Assembly: GCF_018977255.1 (NCBI RefSeq)
Contig: NW_024704742.1
Span: 103,232,001-103,296,000 of the forward strand
Length of the DNA: 64,000 bases
Source of the DNA: Callorhinchus milii
Taxonomy: Eukaryota
Reading direction: 5' to 3'
The translations under genes and the position numbers were made by a program. Shown here in pieces: positions 51,433-64,000 of this stretch (position 1 is its first letter; each line of letters begins with the position of its first letter). The notes beneath the pieces were generated by a model that saw only the letters and a list, made by a program, of their open reading frames with translations, searched no databases and was not told where the DNA came from.

Positions 51433-51955
51433 TCTAGGCTCGATCACACCAACTCCCTGTTTGTCAGCCTTCCCAACTCTTTCCTCCAAAAGCAGCAGAT
51501 CATTCAGAAGTCTGAAGCTTGTGTCTTTTTCCGCACCAGATTCTGTGACCTTATACCCCCACCTTTACCCATCCCCCAGAGGATGAACTTCAAAATCCTC
51601 GTCCTCCATGGCCTTGCTCCTTCCTTCTTCTGTGATCTGCTAACCCCATATCAACCTGTGTGTTCCCTCTGCTCAGCAGGCTCTGTGTCTCCCTCCCCAG
51701 TCCACCCCACCATCAAAAGTCAGGCCTTCAGCCTTATTGCCCCCACCCTTTGGAACTCCATTCCACATTTCCTTCGCCTCGCTCCCTCCTTTGCATCCTT
51801 CAAGGCACATTTCAAAATCCTCGTCTTCGACTGAGCCTTCGGCCATCCTCCTACCCTTCCGGCCCTCCACTCTCCCTGATCCCAAACCCCTGCTTGGGTT
51901 CAAATCCCTGACTGTCCAGCACCTTGGGACATCCTCCCGATGTGAAAGGCACTGT
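51433..51955 (+). mobile_element. L2 3' fragment
   Basis: SRLDHTNSLFVSLP..PQRMNFKIL..LWNSIP..FKAHFKI; stem-loop. Confidence 0.85.
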
Positions 51956-52929
51956 TCTAATATAATGTTATACTGTATTTGTATTATAAGTACAGCAAGG
52001 AAAGCACAACAAAAGATTGGAAGGAAAAACACAAGCTGCAACAGCCTTTGCTGAACTTCAAGATAATGTTATTTTTTTTTAGCAATTCTGGTATTTAATT
52101 TCCCAGTGAATCCCACAAAATAAGCAATATATAATACAAAGTAACATAAAATCAAATGATAGGTTTGGATTAACACCTATCGGCTCTTTGATGATATCTG
52201 AAAGTACTTCACAGAATCAGCTGGTAGCCCGAGCTGGGGTTGGAGGGAATTGAGAAGGTGACTAAAAGTACGGTCAAGAAGAAATGTTTTAAAGTGGACT
52301 TATAAGATAGGAAAGGAGGGCACAAGGTAGAGGACTCTGGAATGGAGTTCCAGACAACGGGGGTAGAAAGGGTGAAAGTTCGCCCATTGAATGTGAGGCA
52401 GGTCAGGTACATGAAGCAAGCCAGTCTCTGCTGAGTGGAGGTAGCGGCCTGGGCAGTAGGGTTGCAATATTCAATATGAACTTAGGAGAATGGAAATGTG
52501 ATTTAGAACGACAANTTTTTTTAGAATAGGAGAAAATCAATGCCAAATTTTGATCTAACCTTTCTAAGTTTGGTGAAAATTGTTTTCGGATTTAAAAGTT
52601 TAGGTCCCAGGTCACTGCAGAACTTTTACATTTTTAAGTAAATTTGGATGGCTCGCTTATTCACCAGTGCCAGGAGCTCTCATTTTCATATGAAATACTC
52701 TTAATTAGATAACTGAGCCTTAAGTGAAGTTCCTGCATTTCTATTATCAGCTATTATTAATTGTATTCACAATGATCTGGAAACATAAGGCTACCTGTAA
52801 TTAGTGAGTGTGATATTTAATGGTTCACAATTTTCCCCAAATGTGAGGCAACATTTTTAATATGTTTATTGAAGTGTTCACCATGCTTCATTCCAGATTG
52901 ATGTGGACCTCGGCTTTCCCTCAGGAATT

Positions 52930-54680
52930 CAACAACAAAATTACATTTGTAAAGCACCTCTCACGTCAGGAGGTTGTCCTAAGGCGTTGAACAGTCGGGG
53001 ATCAGGACCTGAGCATAGGGACAAGGTTGGGAATGAGGGAGGACAGAGAGGTAGGAGGGTGGCTGAAGGCACGGTGAAAAGGGAGGGTCTTGAGACATGC
53101 CTTGAAGGAGGCAAGGGAGGGAGCAAGGTGAAGAGATTGTGGGATGAAGTTCCAAAGAGAGGCTGAAAGCCCGGCTGTGATGGCAGGGCGGATCGGGCAG
53201 GAGACATGAAGCAGGCTGGATTCTGCGGAATGGAGGGAGTGGACAGTTTGATAGGGTTTTGCAGGTCAGAGAGGTAGGTGGCGACAAGGATGTGGAGAAT
53301 TTGAATTCTAACCTCTGAGGGATGGGGAGCCAGTGGAATCGGATGAGGGTGGGGTTGATGGGGTCATAGAGCTTGGTGCGGGAGAAGATATGAGCTGCAG
53401 AGTTCTGGATGATCTGCAGCTTGTGGAGTCAAGAGTTAGGGAGGCCGACAAGGAGGGAGTTTCCGCAGTCAAGCCTTGAGGTGACAAATGCGCATATGAG
53501 GGTTTCGGCGGCCTGAGGGGTGAGGTAGTGGTGGAGTTGGGCAATGTTGTGAAGGGAGTGGGAAGGCAGAGCGGATCATGGCACTGATATGGGGGAGAAA
53601 GGACAGTTGAGGATCTAACAAGATGCCCAGGTTCCTGACCAGTTTGTTGAGATTGAGTGTGCATCCATGCATGCTGATGCTCCCAGTGCCTGAGGTGTGG
53701 AGGTGCTGGCATGAGCCAGTCAGGAAAGCCTCGGTCTTGCTGACATTCAGCTGTAGAAAGTTGGCTCTCATCCAAGACTTGAGTCTGACAGACAGTCTGT
53801 CAGGACGTCAGTTGTCCTGGAATCGAGGATGGACGCAGAGATAGAGTTGGGTATCATCTGAGTACATGTGGAAGTTGACCCGTGCATGCGGATGATGTCA
53901 CCAGGGGGAGCAGAGGTTGAAGAGGAGGAACACTATAAGAGACTGTGCGGGGGCTGGAAGAGAAACCGTTGACAAATTGGAGACGGTGTGAGAGATAAGA
54001 CCTAAACCAATCAAGGACAGAACCTTGAAGATTGAGGTGAGAGGGGAGGTGGTGGAGGATGGAGTGGTCCATAGTATTGAAGGCAGCAGAGAGGTCGAGG
54101 AGGACAAGGGAGCAGAGGAAGCCATGGTCACAGATGGACAGGATGTCGTTTGTCACCTTGACCAGAACAGTTTCCGTGCTGTGAGCAGCATGGAAACCTG
54201 ATTGCAGTGGCTCATGAAGGGATTGGTAGGAGAGGAAAGAGTGAAGCTGGGAAGCAATGACTTTTTTAAGGATCGTAGAAAGCAAAGGGATGTTGGAGAT
54301 GGGCTAGAGGTGTGGGGATAGGGAGTCAAGGGAGCAGGTGGTGTGTTTCATGTTGGATATGGTGGTGATGAGAGAGGAGGGGGAGACAGGTTCAAATATG
54401 TGGAGGGAGGGATGGTTAGGGGTCAGAGTGTGGGGGGGATTATGGGGAGGTAGTGGTGATTGGGAGGGCGGAGGCAGCTGAATGGATCCTCTCGAATTTG
54501 GACACGAGGAAATTCAGAGATTGAGGAGAGAATGGGCGAGGTGTGGAAGGGTGGACGGAGGAGCCAGTTGATGGTGGAGAATAGAGAGAGTTGTGGAGGA
54601 GAGTGAGCGAGGAAGATAAATCAGCGGGGGAGGTTGGCCAGAGGGGGAGGATTTCAGATGACTCCAGGGCAGCGGAGACG
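52930..54680 (-). mobile_element. L2 LINE, ~1.75 kb, decayed ORF2
   Basis: LQSGFHAAHSTETVLVKVTNDIL..LLDLSAAF; NFLQLNVSKTE; VRNLGILLDPQLSF; tail at 52930-52990. Confidence 0.92.
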
Positions 54681-55231
54681 GATTGCAGTGAAATTTTTTT
54701 CCAGGGACAGTAGGAAAAAATCTAGACTTAAATTTGTTATTGGGTCCAAGGTTCTTCATAGCATAGCATGAGAGTAAAACTTTCCGAATGCAGATACTCC
54801 TTGAGACAGTGACTGCAGTTACAGCCGATCTCAGGGGCCATCTTCATAAGGTTACAAGACAGTGTGAAGGTCTATGGGTCATTTGATCTCCACTTTCCGA
54901 AATATCCACCCATTCCTATAACAACATCTTGCATTTAAATAGCATCTTTCACGTGAGTGGCATCTGGGAGCACCTGCCATATCACACTGTTTTTTTAAAA
55001 TGTTTAGGGCCTCAACTGCTCTTGTTGATAATTATCCTCAGGGTAAGGAAATCCTTCCTGGTGTCTGTCCTGAAATTGCCCCTTGCAACCTTACATTTGT
55101 CTTGTTGCTCTGCTGGCTCAATGTATCTTTAAAAGTATTGGCGTGGGTTTACTTTCTCATCCCTTTTAAAATCTTAGCATATCTCTATAAGGTCCCCTTT
55201 GAGAAAATGAAAAGCCCTGGTTTGTCGAATA

Positions 55232-55438
55232 CAGTGGTGGGCAACCTGTGGCTAATGTGGCCTGAAGCCCCCCCACCACCCGCCTCCCCGAACATTTGCA
55301 CAAGTCTAGGTAAGTCCATGTTAGATCATCAGTGGGTTTTAAATTTTTCTTGATTGAATATTTCTTGATTTATGGCATAAATCGAGAAACATTCAATCGT
55401 GTATTTTGTTGGCCAGCCATAAAGGTTGGCCACAAATG
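55232..55438. mobile_element. Non-autonomous hAT/Charlie-like MITE (decayed)
   Basis: Imperfect TIRs CAGTGGTGGGCAACCT and AGGTTGGCCACAAATG (13/16 match); no clear 8-bp TSD. Confidence 0.5.
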
Positions 55439-57119
55439 CAAGAATTATTTAAATTTACATGTAGCTCCTATTTTTACCTCCTGTGTGCAGTATCTTGCGT
55501 CTATCTGTATTAAGCTTTAACTACCAGGCATCGGCCCATGTGCATATGCTATCAAGTTCTCTTTGTAAGACTGATGAGGAGTCCTCCCACAGAGAGAAAA
55601 TCAATCTAGGCTATTAAGCTGCTATACCAGCAGAATATATCCCCTGATATTTACAAGTATCTAATGATGCAAAAGATAAGAGTTGGAATTAACTTGCTGC
55701 TGGCTGTGGGATGTTTCAAATCCTCTCACGTGTCAGCTATTGATGACATTTTTAGATGATAAAACCCTCACTAGCACAGAACGTTAAGCTCAGGTAAATC
55801 CTGCTTCTTTGTTTTACTATCTTGTATTCATGGTGAATAGAATATTGATCTCTCCTTTGGCAGCCTCTATGATTTATGGAAATTTGAAAACAGATGTATG
55901 CAATTTGCACATCTCTAATGAATCCTGGAAACATTGTGCTCTGAATATACCGCATAGATTTCTAGAAAAATATTCAATTTTTATCACTCACAAGTCACAT
56001 AATCATAACATTGAAGCACAAGAGGCCATTGAGATCATCATGTCTGTGCTGCTGATATTACTAGTTGTGTTACCAATCCCACTGGAGCTAACTACTCCAA
56101 TCCCAACCTTATGTTTACTCCTTGAACCCTTTTACATTGTTCCTCTTTAAAAATGTATCCAATTCCCTTTGAATGTTTTTGCAGCCATAGCTTCAAAAGC
56201 AGATTTGGGCAAAGCTTTCCTCCATGTTTTAATAACCCTCTGGATGAAAAACATTCTACCCAAAAGCCTTGAATAATATCTCATGGTCTGAAGTAAAGTC
56301 ATATCAAAACTGGGAGACCTCTAGAGGAGTCATTTAGTACCATTTTATTGAGGTGTGCTGAGGATCTCACTTATGCACATGGATAGTGTCTTTTATGAAC
56401 CAAGTCAATATTCACCTCAAATTATGACATTCATTTACCTTTCCAGAGTCCAGATGATTCTCACTTAAATATTTATCAATGCATTCCAGCATTGCAACAT
56501 CCCTTTATCTCTGAGAATGAAAGCAACATTTTTGTACTGTATTCAATCACAATCCAAAGGAACTGAGACGTCATACAAAGTGGAAATTCAAAGCAATTAG
56601 TCTTGCCTTTTATGTCAGTTAAGTGTTTCAATACATCAAAATATAACCTAGATGATAAATATAAATTATCCTTGCTATTTGACATATCCCCTTTCATATC
56701 AGGAGGACTTCTCAAAGCGCTTCACAGGATTTATTGTAAGAACTTTGAGAAATGTCAATGATGCAATAAGGCAATATATCAAATACAAGGATTGTTATTG
56801 TATTACCATTTGAAATATTATGTTAGAAGAAGCATAAAATATTGCAATAAATATTAATTAATAAAGCTTTAATAGTTTGGTATTTCTCACTAAAACAGAG
56901 GTGTGCAGGAAGAAACATGTTGAGATATTTTTAACAAAACTCCCAAGACATATTTTGGAGATCAGTAAGGCAAAGAATAAAATTATATACTCCATTTTGA
57001 GCAGCATAACAAAAACCCCATCAAAATAATGAGGACCAAGAACAAATAAGTCAATTCAAATGTTTGGAGTCAGATTGGCAAGTGATGACAACAGCTCATA
57101 TAATGCCAGGATCAAAATC

Positions 57120-57325
57120 TGGAGGATTGTTGGCCAAGAAACTAAGAGAAACTCCCTTCTTTTATCAAATAGTGCCAGGGGATTATTAACATTGAACAGA
57201 CGATATCTCCAACAATGCAGCGTATGCCCAGCACTGTATTGGAGTGTTATCTTAGACTATATGAGTTCCAAGTCCTGATGCTTCTGATTCAGAGGTGAGA
57301 GTGAGCCCAAATGAACCAGACTGAC
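57120..57325 (-). mobile_element. DeuSINE fragment
   Basis: gagaaactcccttc..aatagtgcca..cttctgattcagaggtgagagtg. Confidence 0.68.
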
Positions 57326-57336
57326 AAATAATGTCA

Positions 57337-57750
57337 GTCAACAACAACAAAATTAGATTTATAGAGCTCCTTTCACCTTGGGAGGACATCCCAAAGCGCT
57401 GAACAGTCAGATGTTGGGGCCCGAGCATGGGGGAGGGGTGGTTTAGGGATGAGGGAAGGCAGGGAGGTGGGAGTGAGACCAAAGGCACGATCGAAGAGAA
57501 GAGAAACGTCCTGAGACCGGCCTTGAAGGATGCAAGGGAGGAAGCGAGGCGAAGGGACCATGGGATGCAGTTCCAGAGTGTGGGGGCAGAGAGGCTGAAA
57601 GCCCGGCCACTGATGGTAGGGCGGGTCGGACGGGAGACATGGAGCAGCCGGAGCCTGATGAGCGGAGGGAGCGGGGGAGGTTGGTAGGGAATCAGCAGGT
57701 CAGAGAGGTAGGAGGGGACAAGGCCATGGATGGCCTTAAAGATGAGGATG
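57337..57750 (-). mobile_element. 5'-truncated L2 3' end
   Basis: (caa)n tail, stem-loop, ILIFKAIHGLVPSYLSDLL on the minus strand. Confidence 0.88.
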
Positions 57751-59053
57751 GTTTAGTAAAGGTTAATCTGAGTACCAACCTCTCTTGTTGAAAGCCCCTA
57801 TCTTACATTCTGTCATGTGACATTGCTGGAATGGATCATCTGCAAACAAAAGATTCTGCTCAAAATACCTGGAAAAGATCAACTAATTATGTTCCTCTCA
57901 ATATAGGAGCAAGAACAATCTCTCATTTTCCTTTCCCTACCCCAGGGCACTGAATGCTATTTAAGACCTTAACTGCCATTGTAACTGAGAGCAGGTAACT
58001 AAACACAGTTTGGGCGCAAACCTGTTTTTTTCTGGTCTGTAGGAATTTGTTGCTCACTGAATTATGCTCATTGCATTAGTTGGAGTCAACACTTAATATC
58101 TTAACTTCTATTCATTATTATTATTCCATTCTTCCATTTGAAGTTATAAAGTGGAAATTGGTATAAAATCACATCCATCTGTATTCTTTCTGGCTTTAGG
58201 AGAATTATCGTATCTTATGTCATGTCAGTGCAAAAAAATCAAAGGCAAGGTGAACAATCCAAGAATATGATTGGAGAGGATCAAAACAATTGTCCCTGAA
58301 AGGATCCATCTTTATGCACATACATGTAAATGAAAGCATTTTACTGGTGTCAGAACAAGTCAGCGGTCAGCAACCCAGATAAAAAGCACTGACAGTTGTA
58401 GTCAATCTCCATTAAATTGCAATTTGGGTTTGTAGAGTAGGACTATTGGACCTTTTCTTTTCAATTTTCTGACTTAAAGGAATCCTTTTACATTATAAAT
58501 TAGTGCTGACAACTAGCAATGCAATGGTTGTTATGTGTATTTTTAACAATCAATTTGAATAACAAAATATTTTGGTAGTTCACTAGTTACAGTTTTGCTA
58601 AGATCTATTTTGTGCTACAGAATTGCTGGTTGAGGCATCACGGTAGATTGCAGATATGGAATGCTGTAATCTTCATTTTGGTGCTGAGTAGAAGGTTCCC
58701 CAGAGAGACAAATAAAAGCAAAGCAAGAGACTCCCTGAATACTTTCCAACATTCGATTTCAGAGCAGCAAGAGGTAAGAGACTAGGAATTCAACAAGGAA
58801 AATGAGAGATTGTTCTTGCTCCTATATTGAGAGGAACATAATTAGTTGATCTTTTCCAGGTATTTTGAGCAGAATCTTTTGTTTGCAGATGGTCCATTCC
58901 AGCAATGTCACATGACAGAACGTAAGATAGGGGCCTTCAACAAGAGAGGTTGGTACTCAGACTAACCTTTACTAAACCATCCTCATCTTTAAGGCCATCC
59001 ATGGCCTTGTCCCCTCCTACCTCTCTGACCTGCTGATTCCCTACCAACCTCCC
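57675..59053. repeat. 259-bp inverted repeat (57675-57933 / 58795-59053), 861-bp spacer
   Basis: Arms are reverse complements with 4 mismatches counted by eye. Confidence 0.95.
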
Positions 59054-60064
59054 TCTTAGCCATATTTTGAGTATTATAAAGAAACACTGAGAAACAGAAA
59101 AAATGGGTTAACAAAGGAGCCTTGGTCTAATTTTTTTAAATTTGTGTGTTAGGGAGAATAGGATCAGGCTCAGTTGTGAAACCCTCACACTGGTAAATAG
59201 TTTTCTGATACTCATTGTCTGGGGACTCTTTGGTGAGTTACTGCACCTTCAGAAGAGAGAAGGAAATTTGAAGGAGTGAAAACTCAGCAGCAATTAGGTT
59301 TTTGCAGTCTGGCTCCATTGGGATGCAAGTTTTTAAATTATTTTGTATTGTTTGGCACATTGCTTTGATTTTCTCCACAGTATTGAGAGGAAGCATAATG
59401 GATTAGGACAGATGGACACTGTTGGGGAGAAAACAGTGCCCAGGTTTCAAGGTATTCCTCTTCTAGAATGCATGAGGCCATAAATATTTATTTAAAGTAT
59501 GATTAACCCACGTTTCACCAAATGTATTATGTCGCTTAGTTGGATAGGATGCCATTTCTACATCCTGATATTAAAATTCATTACCACCGTTGGCACTAAC
59601 TCTAATGATTGAATGATTACAATAATCTGGCCAATTTTGGGGATCTTACTATTGGCACTGGAGAAATCAGTCATATGCACATCCAATGTAAAATAAATGG
59701 AATTTGTAATTAATCTTACAATCTACACCATTAAATTGTAAGTCACTGCTGATAGCACATTCGCAATGACTGAGAGCAAGTATCGTATCTTTCTGAGGAT
59801 CTTGCAGTTCTGATGGCTTTTTTGCCAAGTTGTGCAAGTGAGGTCAGTGCAGTTACAGAGAGCAAGGGCATTAAAATGCACAATTCAGTCAGTGTAGCTA
59901 AACTGATTTTTCCCATCAGCAAGTGTTCATCATCGTATGAGAGCATTTAGAAATACTGTATATGCCAAAAAAGGAAATACTGTAGATATTCTTGAGACAG
60001 TCTGGATGAGGTTTGTGTCATGGAACTAACTGCATTGTTTGGAGTATACATAGAATAGTCTGGC

Positions 60065-60260
60065 ACTCGAGTGCAGTGCTGGGGTGTGTTGATTTTATTG
60101 GAGGTGCCATCCTTCAGATGAGACATTAAACCAACATCGTGTCTGGATGTTCTTCAGGTGAATGTTAAGGTCACATAATACTATTTGAAAAGGGAATAAA
60201 ATTGCTTCCAATGTCCCAGCCAACTAATTCTCCAGAAGATTAGTGGCCATTCACCTCATT
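60065..60260 (+). mobile_element. DeuSINE fragment
   Basis: ttggaggtgccatccttcagatgagacattaaacc..caggtgaatgttaag. Confidence 0.7.
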
Positions 60261-60824
60261 CAGAAACAATAAAGTTCTGTATAAAAGCAAGTTCTGAATT
60301 AAGAACTTAGCAAGTATAGTTTTATATGCAGTGTAACCTTTTTATCGCAAGCTTCATTTATAACACAGTTGCATTGAAGCTTGCCTGCTTTTTTTAGCTC
60401 TTTTTGTACTTAAATTGTTAACATCTGGATTAAGATGTCCCATTGACTTTATTTCTTCCTTTACTGCAGATACACAAAGCAGGATGTGATGTTGGCGGTG
60501 ATCTAACAACCTGGAAGTTGGCCAATTTAACTTCCATCAAAAATGGGTGACGTCCACATCATTGGGTCACCATCAATGTCATGTATTGTTCTGCGTATGC
60601 ACAAACCTCAGGAAGTGACATTGCTGTGACCCGAATATCTGGATGCTGGCCATTTTTTCTTTTAATATAGGAAATAACTGTCAGCTTCCTGTATGCCAGC
60701 CGGATGTGCACATATGCAGTCAAACCCATTATCTCAGTATCTCATATCTCATTATAACATCAGTTGAGATCTATAAAATCCCTATTTGTAGCAATATAAT
60801 TGGGCGCCACTGTATAATAACAAA

Positions 60825-60992
60825 TTAGTCACTTCAATCCACGACTGTTTGTGGAACACTGCTGTGCGCAATTGGCTGCCACGTTTCACCCACAAATGTA
60901 CAGTCAATTCACTTTACAGTATATTCCATGAAGTGCTTTGAGACGTCTAGAAGACGTGAAAGGTGTTATATCAAATGCAAGGATTATTATTG
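60825..60992 (+). mobile_element. SINE 3' half
   Basis: caatccacgactgtttgtgg..gagacgtctagaagacgtg..ggattattatt. Confidence 0.85.
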
Positions 60993-62269
60993 TGTCTAGC
61001 CCAGATTCTCCTGAATGTCTCGTTTCTCAGGATCCCACACAAAAAGTCGCAACCAGGTTCTTATTGGGTGTGGGCGCAGAACACAAAAGTGGTCATAAAT
61101 CTGGTATTGAACTAATTATCTTACCTATAACGATCATATTGCTAATGTATACACAGAAATAGTTAGACTGTATGGGCAATGAGCCAAGTTACCTAGTTAT
61201 CACACTTTACAGTATATCCTGTGAAGTGTTTTGAGACATCTTCCTGATGTCAAAGTCACTATATCAAATGTAAGGATTATTATTATTGTCATCTTTTTTA
61301 CAAGGCATATTGATTTATCGTTCAAAGGCACGCCTGGAATATTTTGTTCCTGAAATATTGTTTTACCTGCATGTCACTGAATGTTGAATGCGAACCAAAG
61401 TCATAATCCATTAATCACTGCTAGTTGCGGCAGCCATAAAGTAACATAAAGTAAAGTGGAATATTAATTCAAAGCATCTTTGTAGGAAATAAGCAATTAA
61501 GAAGGTTAAATTTCAAGCTGTCTCTGTCAATTGACCGCAACATTTCTTGAAAACAATACTTATATCTTCAAATCTGAAGTGCCATTCATTGTTGAAAAGG
61601 TCAAATACATCTTCTGCGTTCTTTATGACACAGCTGGTAAGAGAAAATAATTCTGTAGATTTACTTCAAAAATGCCATGCTAATCCATTATGAGAGTATA
61701 TTTATTCGGATGTGTATTTCAAATGCATGGAACTAAATGTCACACACAGTGCAATTTATATGTGTTGCTGAGATTGCCAACAATGAATCTGTAGACACAT
61801 CATCCATGTTTCATACAAGATTTTCTTCAGGGCTGCAAAAATACATCTTAAGAGAAATATTTAATCCATTTATTACCCTCCAATATAAAATTATTCTATC
61901 CTCTAAGTCACCCCATGCCACACACAATTCTTCAGCTAAGTGGAGGGAAGAGGACTTGTTCAGAGCTGTCAAATATCATTCATCGGGATTGACAATTATT
62001 CACTGGACAATCACTCACGAGGTTCACACATGTGGTTTATTATGATGTATGTCATTGCTAAAAATGATTGCAGCTCCAAATTGCTACTTACTCTGCCAAT
62101 CTGAATGAACATAATCTCACTCCTAATATTTTCCTGGTACTGGCACACCTGCTTGCTCCCAAGCCCCTGCCAATGTCCCACATCCCTTACTGCTGACATC
62201 AACCCCAATGTGTTTGCTCCGGCATGTGCAGAATGGAGAAGAAATTCCATAACGATGAACATAAGAATA

Positions 62270-62552
62270 ACAATTCTTACATTTAATATAGAGCCTTTCA
62301 CATTGGGAGGACGAGTCAACGAATTTCACAAGATACACTGTAAAGTGCAATGACTGTGTATTTTATGGGTGAACACAACACCAAGTTGAACAAACAGGTA
62401 TGAAGTGAATGATCAATTTTTATTTGAGGAAATGTTGGCAAGGCAGTGGGAAAACCTCCCTTTTTTGAATAGTGTCATGGAATATTTAATGTCCACCTAA
62501 ACAATATCTAGTTACTATATCATCCAAAGGACAGCACCTCCAACAGTGTACT
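62270..62552 (-). mobile_element. DeuSINE fragment
   Basis: Tail plus catccaaaggacagcacctccaac. Confidence 0.65.
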
Positions 62553-62737
62553 CCCAATGAGGAATGTAGGGAGTTGTACTTACTGTAATTATAACACCCA
62601 TATTTTCAATCAGAGGAATGGAAGTAATCTATTGCAAAGCATTTATGGTTGTTAAAGCCATGTGTTTTGGCTTTTATACAACCAAGCAGTATGAGTCAAT
62701 ATAACATCATGTTTGGTAAGGTTAAATGCTAAGACAT

Positions 62738-62807
62738 ACAACAACAACAACAACAAGATTCCATTTATAGAGCGCCTTTCACGTCGGGAGGACGTCCCAA
62801 GGCACTG
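62738..62807 (-). mobile_element. Ultra-short L2 insertion (stem-loop plus tail)
   Basis: (caa)n gattccatttatagagcgcctttcacgtcgggaggacgtcccaaggcactg. Confidence 0.82.
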
Positions 62808-63734
62808 ATACATATCTGAGCTGAACATGTATACAGCACATCAGAAGTTAATGTTGCAAAAGAAGCCTTGCTACGATTCTTTAGTAATACTTGTTTCCTG
62901 AGCAAAGACCATGCTTCATATCTGTCTAACGTGGCTTGTACACCACCTGATTCTGTGGATGGAATGCACTGTAGGAAGTTCCCTTTTCAAGTGTTATCTT
63001 GTATGGAAGCAGAGCTCCAATGCTACGTATTGATTTTCTTGACCATAATATTTCTTTAAAGAAAGCCACTTTTATTTTATTACTCTGTAAAGTATTTCCT
63101 AGGGTGGAGTTGACATCCGGAGGTCAATGAAATCCTCCCTGAAGAGTTCCTTCTGTGGTGTGAGCCTGCTAACTCACCCAAGTAGCCTGTTGCTATTCTC
63201 CAAAGCCTCCCATTACTTCACAGTCAGAAGCATAGAGTGGCTGCCACCCTAACTTGGCAGAAAAATAATGAACCATATCATTAACACAAGCTGCCTCAAA
63301 TTAAGTGAACAACTTGCTGTACTTTGCGAGGAGGGAGCTCAGCTGTTGCAGGCACTCAAGCCTGCAATTTGTTTTTCACACTGGTAGTCATGTGGAATCG
63401 CTGCTTGCTCACAGGAGGATATGAACCACTGGGGAGGAGACCAAGGGCAAAAAGAGAAAGAGCTTAGACAAAAGCCCCAGCTGAATCCTGTCACGTGTTC
63501 CTTGGTATATTATATGACTGCATCTCCAAACATACATACCAACCAATTATACAATTATAATGTGTACTGTTCCACAAGTAGATTGTGTGAGTAATGACTG
63601 TTTGGTTAAAGGCGGAGCTGGCTTGAGAGACCAAATGTCCAACCCTCAGCAACTGATCTGAGTAGATCAAACTATACGTATACTGATAATATAACTTTGC
63701 TGCAAAACAACCCATCATTTCCCTCTTCATTGCG

Positions 63735-64000
63735 ATTGACACAGTCGATCACACCATCCTCCTCCACCAACCTCTCCTCCCTCATCCACCTCACTGGCCT
63801 CCCCAATTCCACCATATATAAAATATAATTAATTCAGATTTCCGCTGCCCAGATTCTCACCCCACAAAACTCCGGACCTCCATCACTCCAGTCCTTGCCA
63901 AGCTGCACTGGCTCCCAATTTCCAAACGGATTGACTTCAAGATCCTCTCTCTCATTTTTAAAATCCCTTCATGCCCTCACACCGCCCTGCCTTTCCAACA
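63735..64000 (+). mobile_element. L2 fragment running off the window
   Basis: DTVDHTILLH; ITPVLAKLHWLPISKRIDFKIL. Confidence 0.8.

Noticed and set aside
52515..52515. Single N base
   Set aside because: Assembly ambiguity, not biology.
53895..53915. CTCF-like motif TCACCAGGGGGAGCA
   Set aside because: Lies within L2 coding sequence (LPLGDVIR region), so the TE explains it; no independent support.
55566..55612. Second hammerhead (CTGATGAG...GAAA)
   Set aside because: The only hairpin (GAG/CTC) is not adjacent to GAAA, and stems I and III are unconvincing; at best a heavily decayed relic.

Overview
Vertebrate genomic DNA, most likely from a cartilaginous fish. This is inferred from the repeat set: HER1-like CR1 LINEs with (TTCTTATG)n tails, SacSINE1-like DeuSINEs, an abundant tRNA-Ala-headed SINE with (TTA)n tails, and a shark-type Penelope terminus. 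The only host coding sequence I can support is the terminal B30.2/SPRY exon of TRIM36 (5852-6185, +), followed by poly(A) signals. The remaining ~57 kb is intergenic: decayed L2 and CR1 LINEs, two related SINE families, older unnamed repeats, and TE-free AT-rich islands that look like enhancers. Nearly all ORF-track entries are retroelement fragments or noise. Best findings: (1) a minimal type-I hammerhead ribozyme fold in a Penelope-like terminus (49414-49450); (2) a covarying 3' stem-loop shared by L2 and the SINE, with a SINE subset carrying the L2 loop; (3) three locally templated duplications at LINE junctions (a 259-bp inverted copy, an ~85-bp inverted insert flanked by a 33-bp direct repeat, and an ~90-bp copy at a CR1 5' junction); (4) a TAG at the TRIM36 C-terminus followed by residual conserved-looking codons; (5) an unnamed old repeat with 5 copies; (6) a divergent CTCF motif pair. 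I found no prokaryote-type system. TE boundaries were judged by eye and are approximate (tens of bp).
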